Shown here in pieces: positions 1 to 9,021 of a stretch of DNA of 64,000 bases (the first letter of the stretch is position 1; each line of letters begins with the position of its first letter). The notes beneath the pieces are model-generated. The model worked only from the letters and a program-made list of their open reading frames with translations, searched no databases and was not told where the DNA came from. The stretch comes from Candidatus Dormiibacterota bacterium. GTDB taxonomy: Bacteria; Chloroflexota; Limnocylindria; Limnocylindrales; CSP1-4. Position numbers and translations under genes: made by a program. The stretch lies in NCBI GenBank assembly GCA_035631615.1, contig DASQIK010000088.1, forward strand, positions 721-64,720, given 5' to 3'.

Positions 1-659
1 GCGCGTCCGTTGATCGTGAGCCGGATGTCCGCGATGCCCTTGCGCGCCGACACGAAGTCGCCGTTCGCCCGCGCGCACTCGAGGACGAAGCAGGCGTCGG
101 CCGTCGCGGCGGCCTCGCGGATGTGCGGCGTCGACGACGGCGACCCGATCTCCTCGTCCGGGTTGGCGATGAACGTCAGTCGCTCGAACGGGAGCGGCCC
201 GCCGCCGTTCGCGTCGACGAGGGCTCGCAGCGCGCCGATGGCCCGCAGCCCGCCCAGGAGCCCGCCCTTCATGTCGGTGACGCCGGCGCCGCGCGCGATC
301 CCATCGGCGATCCTGAAGGGCCGCTTCGCGACGGTGCCCTCCGAGAACACCGTGTCCATGTGGCCGATCAGGAGGACGCGCCGGCCACCCGCGGCGCCCT
401 CGAACGTGCCGATCACCGTGTCGCCGTAGCGACCCTTCGGATCCGGTCGACGCTCGACGAAGGCACCCAGGCCGGCCAGCTCCGCCGCCACGAGGTCGCC
501 GATCCGGTTCACGCCGGCCGGCGTGTAGCTGCCGCAGTCGATGTTGCACATCCGCTCGAGGTCGGCGAGGAACGCCGGCTCCCCGGCGGCGACGGTCGAT
601 CGAAGGTCGTCGAGCTCGTCGGCCGAGACGGCAGCGCCAGGACCAATCGCGATGGGCAT
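1..659 (-). CDS. M20 family metallopeptidase (carboxypeptidase G2 / ArgE-DapE-like); C-terminal part lies outside the window
   Basis: Not in the ORF track because there is no stop inside the window. My translation of the minus strand from ATG 659..657 gives MPIAIGPGAAVSADELDDLRSTVAAGEPAFLADLERMCNIDCGSYTPAG..., with M20 hallmarks LLIGHMDTVF, GVTDMKGG and NPDEEIGS, and high GC3. Confidence 0.75.
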   Translation of the reverse strand, partial: MPIAIGPGAAVSADELDDLRSTVAAGEPAFLADLERMCNIDCGSYTPAGVNRIGDLVAAELAGLGAFVERRPDPKGRYGDTVIGTFEGAAGGRRVLLIGHMDTVFSEGTVAKRPFRIADGIARGAGVTDMKGGLLGGLRAIGALRALVDANGGGPLPFERLTFIANPDEEIGSPSSTPHIREAAATADACFVLECARANGDFVSARKGIADIRLTINGR

Positions 660-702
660 GGCTCGAAGTATGCCTGCCGCCCGTTGCTATTCTCGCCGGA
701 CC

Positions 703-2430
703 GTGCGCCTGATCGAGATCCGCCTGCTCGAGGGTCCGAACCTGTACCGGCTCGAGCCGGTGGTGAAGCTTGAGGTCGCGATCGGGCGGCGACGCACCTG
801 GTTCGGGCGCCGCGACCCGGAGCCGTACGCGCTCGTCCGCCTGAGCGCCGTCATGCCTGCGAACGAGCTGCCCGGGCGAGTCGCGATGCTGGCCGATTGG
901 GTTCGGAGGCTGCGCAGGGAGCATCCCGACGGGGCGCAGGGCGCGGTCTCGGTCCACCGCTCGTCCGATCCGGGCCACTGGATCGTCGCGTTCCCGTGGG
1001 CCATGGACGAGCGCGCCAAGGCGATTGCCGACGGGGCGTTCGCGCTCGCCGAGGGGGATGTCCCGCCGGCCCGTGGCGTGGGCCTGCGACGGACGCGCGC
1101 CCGCCTTCGCGACCGCGTCATGGCCCGCGTGGCGGCGGAGCAGGGCTCGCCGCCCGGGTACCTTCGCGACGCGGACCGGCGGCTGCCGATCATCTCGATC
1201 AGCGGCACGAACGGCAAGACGACCACGACCCGCCTGATCGCCCACATCCTGCGAGAGGGCGGGAAGCGGGTCGGGGCGACGACGTCGGACGGGATCGTCG
1301 TCGGGACGGAGATGGTGGAGCCGGGCGACTGGACCGGCTTCGGCGGCGGCCAGGCGATCCTCGAGCGCGACGACATCGACGTCGCCGTCCTCGAGACCGC
1401 GCGTGGCGGGATCCTGCTCCGAGGGATGGGCTACGAGTCGAACGAGGCGAGCGTGATCACGAACGTCTCGTCCGACCACATGGACCTGCAGGGGATCCAC
1501 ACGCTGCCCGAGCTGGCCGAGGTGAAGTCCGTCGTCGCGCGGATCACGAAGCCGGACGGCTGGGTGACGCTCAACGCCGACGACAAGCACGTCGCGGCGA
1601 TCGCCCCGAAGGTCCGGGCTCATGTCGCGTACTTCTCGCTCGATGGCGACGGCTCGGCGCGCGTTCGGCGCCACCTGCGCGGCGGTGGCCGAGCGTACTT
1701 CGTCCGCGACGGCTGGATCGGCGAGGCCGAGGGCGACGCCTGGCGGGCCATCGCGACCCTCGCCTCCGTGCCGGTCGCGCTCGGCGGCGCCGCACGCCAC
1801 AACGTGGCGAACGTGCTCGCAGCGGTGGGCGGCGCGCGGGCGATGGGTGCCTCGATCGACAGCGTGCGCGCGGCACTCAAGTCCTTCGTCCCGACGACCG
1901 ACGATTCCCGCGGGCGTCTCAACATCTTCCGGGACGAGCATCGCGTCGTCGTCGTCGACTTCGCCCACAACGAGGCCGGGGTCGCCGTCCTGCTCGACGT
2001 CGTCGATGCGATCGCGCGCGGCATCGGGACCGGAGGCGAACGCGCGCCGATCAGCGGCATCGTCGGGCTCGCCGGCGATCGACCCGACGACACGCTTCGG
2101 GGCGTCGGGCGGCAGGTGGCGCAGCGTGTGGATCGATTCGTGCAGAAGGAGATGCTCCACTACCTGCGCGGCCGGACGCGCGAGTCCGTGCTCGGCGAGA
2201 TCCGCGCCGGCGCGCTCGAGGGCGGCTGGAAGGGCGACATCCCCGTCTACGGCGACGAGCCCGAGGCGCTGGGCGCCGAGCTCGACCGCACCGACAACGC
2301 TACGCAGCCCGAGGTCATCTTCCTGCTCTGCCACGAGGATCGCGAGGGCGTCTACCGCCTCATCGCCGACCGCGGCCTCCGTCCGGTAGAGGATCCCGCC
2401 GAGCTGTCGCGTCTCGTGGCATCGCACTGA
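703..2430 (+). CDS. Cyanophycin synthetase-like protein with a CphA-type N domain plus a Mur-ligase-like M domain, and no ATP-grasp domain
   Basis: Frame of track ORF 541..2430. The likely start is GTG 703 (VRLIEIRLLEGPNLYRLEPVVKLEV), because the upstream part would overlap the divergent gene. Motifs: P-loop ISISGTNGKTTT, TNVSSDHMD, VVVDFAHNEAG, GLAGDRPDD. It is paralogous to the C-terminal half of the CphA at 3543..6389. Confidence 0.8.
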   Translation: MRLIEIRLLEGPNLYRLEPVVKLEVAIGRRRTWFGRRDPEPYALVRLSAVMPANELPGRVAMLADWVRRLRREHPDGAQGAVSVHRSSDPGHWIVAFPWAMDERAKAIADGAFALAEGDVPPARGVGLRRTRARLRDRVMARVAAEQGSPPGYLRDADRRLPIISISGTNGKTTTTRLIAHILREGGKRVGATTSDGIVVGTEMVEPGDWTGFGGGQAILERDDIDVAVLETARGGILLRGMGYESNEASVITNVSSDHMDLQGIHTLPELAEVKSVVARITKPDGWVTLNADDKHVAAIAPKVRAHVAYFSLDGDGSARVRRHLRGGGRAYFVRDGWIGEAEGDAWRAIATLASVPVALGGAARHNVANVLAAVGGARAMGASIDSVRAALKSFVPTTDDSRGRLNIFRDEHRVVVVDFAHNEAGVAVLLDVVDAIARGIGTGGERAPISGIVGLAGDRPDDTLRGVGRQVAQRVDRFVQKEMLHYLRGRTRESVLGEIRAGALEGGWKGDIPVYGDEPEALGAELDRTDNATQPEVIFLLCHEDREGVYRLIADRGLRPVEDPAELSRLVASH

Positions 2431-2438
2431 CTGACGAG

Positions 2439-3356
2439 ATGCGCGCACTTGAGGTCGGTCTCGTGCTGCCGATGGGCGACTCGTTCGTCGACGGCACGAC
2501 GGTCCGCTGGACTGAGATTCGGGACCTCGCGATGCTGGCCGAAGAGATCGGCTTCGACACCGTCTGGACGGCAGACGAGTTGCTCTGGCAGCCCGAAGGC
2601 CGCGAACCGCAGGGGTGGTGGGACTGCATCGCGATCACGGGCGCAATCGCGGCGGCGACGTCGAAGGTCAAGGTTGGCACCTGGATCCTGTCGGCACTCC
2701 ACCACAATCCCGGGATCCTGGCGAAGGCGGTCGAGACGCTCGACGAGATCAGCGGCGGGCGGTTCGTGTTCGGCCTCGGCGCCGGTCACGCAGGTCGCCA
2801 GGGCCACGCCTTTGGCTTGCCTGAAGATCGAATCGTCGGCCGCTTCGAGGAGGCGCTCAAGATCATCCTGCCGCTGCTCCGGGATGGCCACGCCGATTTC
2901 GAGGGCGCGTTCCACGCGGCCCGGGACCTCGCTCATCGGCCCGTGGGTCCGCGGACCGGACGGATCCCGATCATGATCGGCGCGAAGGGCCCGAGGATGC
3001 TGCGCCTGGCCGCCTTGCATGCCGACATCTGGAGCTGGTTCGTAGAGGAGCGAAGCGACCTCTCCGAGTTCGGCCCTCGCCTCGCGGCGTTTGAGGCCGC
3101 CTGCGTGGAAGTCGGCCGGGATCCGGCGACGATCGGCCGATCAGCCGGCGTCATCGTGGAGCCGACCGCATTCACCGGCGCGGCCGAGGTGCTCGGCGTC
3201 CCGATCCGCGGATCGGCGGCGGAGATCGCGGACGGCCTGCGGGCGTTCCAGTCGGGCGGTTTCGACCACCTCGAGATCATCCTCTGGCCACCGACGTTGG
3301 ATGCTCTCGAGGCGATGCGCCCCGTGCTCGCATCGCCGAGGCTGCAGGCTTCATGA
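2439..3356 (+). CDS. LLM-class (luciferase-like) flavin/F420-dependent oxidoreductase
   Basis: C-terminal 305 aa of track ORF 897..3356, starting at ATG 2439 (MRALEVGLVLPMGDSF...). Typical LLM pattern: GFDTVWTADEL, KVKVGTWILSALHHNP, GRFVFGLGAG. It starts 8 nt after the stop of the previous gene. Confidence 0.8.
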   Translation: MRALEVGLVLPMGDSFVDGTTVRWTEIRDLAMLAEEIGFDTVWTADELLWQPEGREPQGWWDCIAITGAIAAATSKVKVGTWILSALHHNPGILAKAVETLDEISGGRFVFGLGAGHAGRQGHAFGLPEDRIVGRFEEALKIILPLLRDGHADFEGAFHAARDLAHRPVGPRTGRIPIMIGAKGPRMLRLAALHADIWSWFVEERSDLSEFGPRLAAFEAACVEVGRDPATIGRSAGVIVEPTAFTGAAEVLGVPIRGSAAEIADGLRAFQSGGFDHLEIILWPPTLDALEAMRPVLASPRLQAS

Positions 3357-3542
3357 GGGAGGGCATCCTTCGCAACGCGGGCTTCGTCCACGCCGGGCGC
3401 GTCCACTTGGTGCTGTATTCGCTTGTCGACTCCGACGCCCGGAGCCCTGGCCGGAAGCCATCGGGTGACGTTCGCTGACCTTGATCCGAACCTGGGGCAG
3501 CCTTCGCAGCGTTCATGGCTCCCCGCTCCGTGGCGACCGGGA

Positions 3543-6389
3543 CTAGCCTTCGGGCGCCTCGAGCTCGCCTGGATCGGCGAACGCCGTCTGGCCGGCGCGC
3601 TGGCCGGCGGAGGCCATGGTCTCGCGGTAGACCGCGATCGAGTCGTCGACGCACATGACGACGAGGTCACCGGGGTTCGCGCGTCGGAGCGCCGTCTTCA
3701 CCGCGGCCAGCTCGTCGAGAATCTTGTCGACGTGGCCGGTGCGGCCCGTCCCGTCTTCGCGCGCCCGCCGCACACCATCGGCGACGAGGGTCGCAGCGAC
3801 GCCGGGCGCGCGCCCGCGGAGATTCCGGTCCTCCCGGACGATGATCTCGTCGAAGGCACCCGCGGCCAAGGCGCCGTAGTCGCGCATATCCTCGTCGCGC
3901 CGGTCGCCGGGCATGCCGATGACGCCGATCGCGCGACCGCCGCGGCCACTGGACCCATCGCCGTCGCTGTTCATCCGGCGGGTGAAGTCGGCCAGGTTGC
4001 GCATGCCGTCGACGTTGTGGCAGTAGTCGATGACGACGCGCACGCCACCGACCTCGAGGTAGTTGAGCCGACCCGGCGCCTGGAAGAACGAGGTCGTGAA
4101 CGTGCGCAGTCCCTGCCGGATGTCGTGCAGGTGCGCACCGGCCGCCCAGGCCGCCGCGGCGGCCGCCAGCGCGTTGGCGACGTTCATTCGGGCGCGGCCG
4201 CCGAACGTTGCCGGGATCAGGTGCGTATACAGCACGGGCATCACGCGCGGGCCGTGGCGCAGCACGATCTGGTCGCCCTCGGGCGTGTGCCGGACGACGA
4301 ACGCCGCGCCGCCGCGACTGGTGTAGCCGTCGACCCGGTCGAAGCCGCGCTCGCCCTTCTCGGTCTCCATCGAGAACAGGATCACCGTTCCGCGGCACTC
4401 CGAAGCGAGGCGCGCCACGTATGGATCGTCCGCGTTGAGGACCGCCGTGCCGTTGCGCGGCACGGCCTGGACGATCACGCCCTTCACGTCGGACAGCTGG
4501 CGCAGCGTGTCGATGCCGCCGAGGCCGAGGTGATCGGCGGTGACGTTCGTGACGACCGCGACGTCGACCCGATCGAAGCCGAGGCCCTCGCGGAGGATGC
4601 CGCCGCGCGCGACCTCGAACACGCCGGTGTCGACCGTCGGGTTCTGGAGGATCATCCGCGCCGATTTCGGCCCGGACATGTCGCCCCGCCGGATCATCCG
4701 CCCGTCGACGACGATGCCGTCCGTCGAGGTCAGCCCGACCCGCCGGCCCATCAGCTTCAGGATGTGGGCAATCATCCGGACGGTCGTCGTCTTGCCGTTC
4801 GTGCCGGTTACGGCCAGGATCGGGATGCGAGCGGCTGCGCCGGTCGGGAACAGCAGGTCGATGACGGGCTTCGCGACGTACTGCGGCTCGCCCTCGGTGG
4901 GGTGGGTGTGCATCCGGAAGCCCGGCGCCGCGTTGACCTCGACGATCGCGCCGCCGGTCTCGCGCACGGGCACGGTGATGTCCGGGCAGATGAAGTCGAT
5001 GCCGGCGACGTCGAGCCCGACGACCCGCGCCGCCATCTCGGCGATCTCGACGTTGTCCGGGTGCGCCTCGGTCGTCCGGTCGATCGACGTTCCGCCGGTC
5101 GACATGTTGCCGGTCAGCGCGAGCTTGACCCGCTGGCCGTTGGGCGGCACGCCATCGAGCTCGAAGCCCTGGGCCTTGACGAGGGCGTCCGCGGCGTCGT
5201 CGACCTTGATCCTGGTGAGGACCTTCTCGTGGCCGATCCCGCGGCGAGGGTCGGCGTTGGTCTGCTCCACCAGCTGCCGCACGGTCTGCCTGCCGTCGCC
5301 CACGACCGACGCCGGCACGCGCTCGGCGATCGCCGCGACCTTGCCGCCGATCACGAGGCAGCGGTAGTCGCTGCCGGTGACGAACGTCTCGACCACGAGA
5401 TCGCCGCTGCGGCTCTCGCGCCGCGCGCCGGCGAACGCGGCTCGGATCTCGGCATCGGTCCGCAGATTCAGGTGGACGCCGCGGCCATGGTTGCCGTCGA
5501 GCGGCTTGACGACGCACGGCAGCCCGACGCGCTTCGCCGCCGCGACGGCCCCGTCCGCGGTGTCGACGACCTCCGACTTTGGCACCGGCAGGCCCGCCGA
5601 GTCCAGGAGGCGGTTGGTGAGGTTCTTGTCGCTCGCGATGTCGACCGCGATGCCGGACGTCCGCGATGTCATCGTGGCCCGGATCCGCTGCTGATGGACA
5701 CCGTGCCCGAGCTGGACGAGGGAATGACGATCCAGGCGGAGGTAGGGAATGTCGCGCGACGCGGCCTCGTCGAGGATCGCCTGGGTCGACGGACCGAACG
5801 CCTGGCGCTCGGCGAGGAGGATCAGTCGCTCAAGCTCCTCGATGTAGTCGAGGGCCTGGGCCGGGTCGTTGGGGTCGACCAGGTGGTTGACGATCCGGAC
5901 CGCGAGCTGGCCCGCCGCGAGCCCGACCGCCTCCTCGCCGAACTCGAAGATGACGTTGTACTGGCCCTCGGCGCCCGCGGCGCGGGTCTTGCCGTGGTGG
6001 ACCGGCGTGCCGGCCAGGTTCTGGAGCTCCAGCGCGATGTGCTCCGCGACGTGGCCAACCCACGTTCCGTCATGGAGCCGCGTGATGAAGCCGCCGCGCC
6101 GGTTGAGCGAGCAGGCGTGGTCCTCGAGCGACGGCATCCACGCGATCAGGCCATCGACGAAGCCTGGGATCTTGTTGGTCGGGAACTGCTCGAGCACGCC
6201 GAGGTCGACGAGCATCTTGACGACCGGCTGGCGCGACCAGTAGTTGGCACCGCGCAGCACCCGGGTTTCGAGGATCTTGAGCGTCGGCTGGGGGACCGCG
6301 CCTGCCGCGGGCGCCGCGGCCCGGCTCGTCCTGCGCTTCGCTGCCGGGCTCGTTGACCGCGTCGGTGCCGCCTTCGCCAACCCTTGCAC
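3543..6389 (-). CDS. cphA: Cyanophycin synthetase (N + ATP-grasp + Mur-ligase-like domains)
   Basis: 948-aa ORF with a GTG start. N domain LKILETRVLRGANYWSRQPVVKMLVDLG; ATP-grasp KPLDGNHGRGVHLNL; M domain AVTGTNGKTTTVRMIAHIL, TNVTADHLG, VVIDYCHNVDG. The basic, disordered 35-aa N-terminal extension makes the exact start uncertain. Confidence 0.93.
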   Translation of the reverse strand: MQGLAKAAPTRSTSPAAKRRTSRAAAPAAGAVPQPTLKILETRVLRGANYWSRQPVVKMLVDLGVLEQFPTNKIPGFVDGLIAWMPSLEDHACSLNRRGGFITRLHDGTWVGHVAEHIALELQNLAGTPVHHGKTRAAGAEGQYNVIFEFGEEAVGLAAGQLAVRIVNHLVDPNDPAQALDYIEELERLILLAERQAFGPSTQAILDEAASRDIPYLRLDRHSLVQLGHGVHQQRIRATMTSRTSGIAVDIASDKNLTNRLLDSAGLPVPKSEVVDTADGAVAAAKRVGLPCVVKPLDGNHGRGVHLNLRTDAEIRAAFAGARRESRSGDLVVETFVTGSDYRCLVIGGKVAAIAERVPASVVGDGRQTVRQLVEQTNADPRRGIGHEKVLTRIKVDDAADALVKAQGFELDGVPPNGQRVKLALTGNMSTGGTSIDRTTEAHPDNVEIAEMAARVVGLDVAGIDFICPDITVPVRETGGAIVEVNAAPGFRMHTHPTEGEPQYVAKPVIDLLFPTGAAARIPILAVTGTNGKTTTVRMIAHILKLMGRRVGLTSTDGIVVDGRMIRRGDMSGPKSARMILQNPTVDTGVFEVARGGILREGLGFDRVDVAVVTNVTADHLGLGGIDTLRQLSDVKGVIVQAVPRNGTAVLNADDPYVARLASECRGTVILFSMETEKGERGFDRVDGYTSRGGAAFVVRHTPEGDQIVLRHGPRVMPVLYTHLIPATFGGRARMNVANALAAAAAAWAAGAHLHDIRQGLRTFTTSFFQAPGRLNYLEVGGVRVVIDYCHNVDGMRNLADFTRRMNSDGDGSSGRGGRAIGVIGMPGDRRDEDMRDYGALAAGAFDEIIVREDRNLRGRAPGVAATLVADGVRRAREDGTGRTGHVDKILDELAAVKTALRRANPGDLVVMCVDDSIAVYRETMASAGQRAGQTAFADPGELEAPEG

Positions 6390-6588
6390 TCCCGTCAGAG
6401 GCGATCCCGTGGAGATGCGCAGCCTAGCCGATCACCGTCCCGTCGCGGTCGAGAAGGCGTCGCGCCAGTCCCCGTGCCACTCGCTTCGGCTTCGGGTCAC
6501 TCGTCGGTCGAGGAGCGTCGGCGGAGGGTTCCGCGGAGGCTCCGGCGGAACTGCGGCGGAAGGGTTCGGCTCGCGCCAGTGCTGCACT

Positions 6589-6614
6589 CGCGCTGCCCGC
6601 CGCGGGTGAGCGCG
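6589..6614 (-). terminator. GC-rich hairpin about 18 nt downstream of the cyanophycinase stop (possible terminator or attenuator ahead of cphA)
   Basis: Minus strand reads cgcgct-ca-cccg-cgg-cggg-c-agcgcg: a 6-bp outer stem and a 4-bp inner stem, with no U tract. It lies in the 242-bp gap between cphB and cphA. Confidence 0.3.
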
Positions 6615-6631
6615 TCCTTGTGCGGGCAATC

Positions 6632-7552
6632 TCAGCTCGAGGCGATGGTCTCGATCTGACCGCCGGGAAGCGCCTTGAGCGGCGACATGGCGACGCGCTC
6701 GCGTCGGCGCAGGTCGAAGCGGTAGCCGGACGGGAGTGCGTGCAGGATCACGCCGCTGATCATGACCGGGCGGTGGCCGTGGACCTCCCACGCGTCGGTC
6801 TCGGCGGAGGCGCCGTCGATGATCGTCACGCTCCCACGCCCGATGACCTCCATCACGCCATCGGGCCCGACGACGCCCGCCGTGTCCTCGTCCACCCCCA
6901 CGCCGAGCAGGCTCGGGTTCTGGGCGATCACGGACAGCAGCCGGCCGTAGCGGTTCCGTTGCTGGAAGTGCTGGTCGACGATGACGCTCGGGAGCACGCC
7001 GAGCCCGGCGGCCAGGGCCGCCATCCGATGCTTCGGCGTCCCGCCGGAGGCCCCGAACGCGATCATGTGGCTGGACATCGCCGACGCGCCCGCCGACGTG
7101 CCGGCAACGACCGCGCCCGCCCGGAACCGCTCCATCACGGCCTCCGCGAGCAGCGTCCCGCCGATCGTCGACGACAGGCGCAGCTGGTTGCCGCCGGTCA
7201 GGAAGATGCCGGTCGCGTCGCGGAGCTGGTGGACGTACGCCTCGTCGTTCGCCTGCTGGCGGGTCATCGCGTGCAGCGGCCGGACCTCGCCGATGCCGAG
7301 GCCCGTGAAGATCTCCCGATAGCGCTCGCCGGCCTCGAACCCGAGCGACGACGCCGTGGAGATCACGACGACCACCGCATCGGCCCCGCCGGCCAGCGTG
7401 GTGAACCGGCTCAGGATGACCCGGTCGCGAATCTTGTCCTCGGCGCCGCCGATGATCATGACCGAGCCGTCGGTCGTGTCGCGGCCGCTGCGTCTGGGTG
7501 GCACGTTGCGCGGGAGTTTACCGAACGCGACCCCGTGTTGTTGCGCCGACAA
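6632..7552 (-). CDS. cphB: Cyanophycinase (peptidase S51), intracellular type
   Basis: C-terminal part of track ORF 6632..8272. Motifs: MIIGGAEDK, FLTGGNQLRL, serine nucleophile motif AGTSAGASAMS, VIVDQHFQQRNRYGRLL. No signal peptide. The start is ambiguous (TTG 7552, GTG 7504 or ATG 7459, all in frame and all downstream of the MFS stop at 7576). Confidence 0.88.
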   Translation of the reverse strand: MSAQQHGVAFGKLPRNVPPRRSGRDTTDGSVMIIGGAEDKIRDRVILSRFTTLAGGADAVVVVISTASSLGFEAGERYREIFTGLGIGEVRPLHAMTRQQANDEAYVHQLRDATGIFLTGGNQLRLSSTIGGTLLAEAVMERFRAGAVVAGTSAGASAMSSHMIAFGASGGTPKHRMAALAAGLGVLPSVIVDQHFQQRNRYGRLLSVIAQNPSLLGVGVDEDTAGVVGPDGVMEVIGRGSVTIIDGASAETDAWEVHGHRPVMISGVILHALPSGYRFDLRRRERVAMSPLKALPGGQIETIASS

Positions 7553-7575
7553 AAGTCCTTGCTTCGAGACGACGG

Positions 7576-9006
7576 TCAGGTGGCCGCCGCGGAAGCCTGC
7601 GCGGCAGCCTGCGCTGCCGCCTGCTCCGCGGCCAGTCGCGCCTCCCGCGGCGTCGGGTCCACGGGTCGCAGGAAGACGGCCGCGAGTGCGAAGAGCGCGA
7701 TCCCGGCGAGGAATGCGGCACGCGGCCCGTCGCCCGTCTCGGCGACACCACCGACGCGATCCATGATCGGGCCCGCGACGAGCGCCGCGACCGGGCCGGC
7801 GAGGCCCACGGCGAGGTTGCTGATGCCCATGAACCGGCCGGACGAGGCCTTCGGGATGATGTCGGTCATGAGGGCCCAGTCGACCGCCAGGAACGTGCCC
7901 GACGCGATCCCGAGCAGGACGACGCCGAGGACCAGGATCTGGGGCGTCGGCGCGAGCCCGGCGATCAGGAGGCCCAGCCCCCCGACACCGCACGCGACGT
8001 AGATCATCGGCTTCCGCCCGAATCGGTTCGAGGCAACCCCCGAGGGCAGCGTGGCGAGCGCGGTCGTCACCCCGACGACCACGCCGATGATCGCGATCCA
8101 CAGCCCCTTCTGGGCGTCGTCGAAGCCCAGTGACCGGGTGAGGAAGAACACGTTGAACCCGAGGAAGACGTTCACGCCGGCCAGGAACAGGAGCCGGCTC
8201 ACGAGCAGGAACGTGAAGTTGCGCTCCTTGAGGATGTCCGTGCCCCAGGCCGATCGGCCGATCGCCAGCCACGACCTGCCATGCCGTGGCTTCGCGGCCT
8301 TGCCCTCACGCACGAAGAGGAAGGTCCCCGCGGCCGTCGCCAGCTCGACCACGCCAAGCAGGATCAGGAACGCGGTGAACTGCCCGAAGCTGAACGCGAG
8401 CGAGATCAGGACCGCGCCGGTCACGAAGCCGACGGTCTGCATCGCGCCGACGAGTGCGCTGGCCAGGCCGACCTGTTCGGCCGGCACGAGATCGGGAATG
8501 TAGCCCTGGAACGGGCCCTGCGCGAAGTTCGAGCTGAACTGGAGCAGGATCACGAAGGCGACCAGCGCGACGAACGTCTGCGATGTCGCGAGGCCGATCA
8601 GGAAGACGACGTCGAGCGTCGCGCCGATGACGATGTACGGCTTGCGCTTGCCCCAGCGCGTGATCGTGTAGTCGCTGAGCGCCCCGACGGTCGGCTGGAC
8701 GAGGAGCACGACCGGCAGCGCCAGCCAGCCCATGAAATTGAGGTACGCACCGCCCTCGCCCGGCGGCGCCAGCTGGTCGATCCGCTGCTGGTTGAAGATC
8801 CCGACGCCGCCCCAGATCGCGTTGATGCCAAGCCAGTAGATCGAGATCTGGATGAGCTGTCGCAGCGGCAGCCGCACGGTCGGGCGGGCCCCCGCGTCGT
8901 CCTCGAGCGCGAGCACGACCGGGACCTCTGCGATCCCCTCGATCGCCATCGGCGTTCTCCCTCGTCCCCCGCCTGAACCCTGCACGTGGGATGACGCCGC
9001 TGTCAA
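7576..9006 (-). CDS. MFS transporter (12-TM type)
   Basis: 476-aa ORF made of hydrophobic helices throughout (ISIYWLGINAIWGG, LALPVVLLVQPTVGALSDY..RWGKRKPYI). Ala/Gln-rich C-terminal tail. An alternative start is ATG 8949 (MAIEGIAEV). Confidence 0.8.
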   Translation of the reverse strand: MTAASSHVQGSGGGRGRTPMAIEGIAEVPVVLALEDDAGARPTVRLPLRQLIQISIYWLGINAIWGGVGIFNQQRIDQLAPPGEGGAYLNFMGWLALPVVLLVQPTVGALSDYTITRWGKRKPYIVIGATLDVVFLIGLATSQTFVALVAFVILLQFSSNFAQGPFQGYIPDLVPAEQVGLASALVGAMQTVGFVTGAVLISLAFSFGQFTAFLILLGVVELATAAGTFLFVREGKAAKPRHGRSWLAIGRSAWGTDILKERNFTFLLVSRLLFLAGVNVFLGFNVFFLTRSLGFDDAQKGLWIAIIGVVVGVTTALATLPSGVASNRFGRKPMIYVACGVGGLGLLIAGLAPTPQILVLGVVLLGIASGTFLAVDWALMTDIIPKASSGRFMGISNLAVGLAGPVAALVAGPIMDRVGGVAETGDGPRAAFLAGIALFALAAVFLRPVDPTPREARLAAEQAAAQAAAQASAAAT

Positions 9007-9021
9007 TGCGACGTTGCGGGC

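Noticed and set aside
897-2438. N-terminal 514 aa of the 819-aa track ORF 897..3356. Similar long N-terminal extensions occur in ORFs 9720..12020, 6632..8272, 25667..27022, 29828..31495, 40764..42500 and 57693..60011.
   Set aside because: The extensions are out-of-frame read-through over neighbouring real genes (R/P/G-rich). I trimmed each to the internal start where the recognisable domain begins and where overlap with the neighbouring gene disappears.
3423-6356. 977-aa plus-strand ORF antisense to cphA. Similar giant ORFs occur at 10511..15499 (antisense to lhr), 18957..21317, 38022..40250, 42672..45608, 54055..56409 and 57900..58859.
   Set aside because: These are typical high-GC shadow ORFs. 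Their translations are Arg/Ala/Gly/Pro/Asp-rich low-complexity strings with no motifs, whereas the opposite strand encodes clearly recognisable proteins with proper GC3 bias.
6390-6631. Track ORFs 6432..6791 (-) and 6384..6659 (+) in the cphB-cphA spacer.
   Set aside because: They are Arg/Pro-rich with no motifs and overlap the cyanophycinase 3' end. The region is more plausibly the cphA promoter or leader, with a hairpin at 6589..6614.
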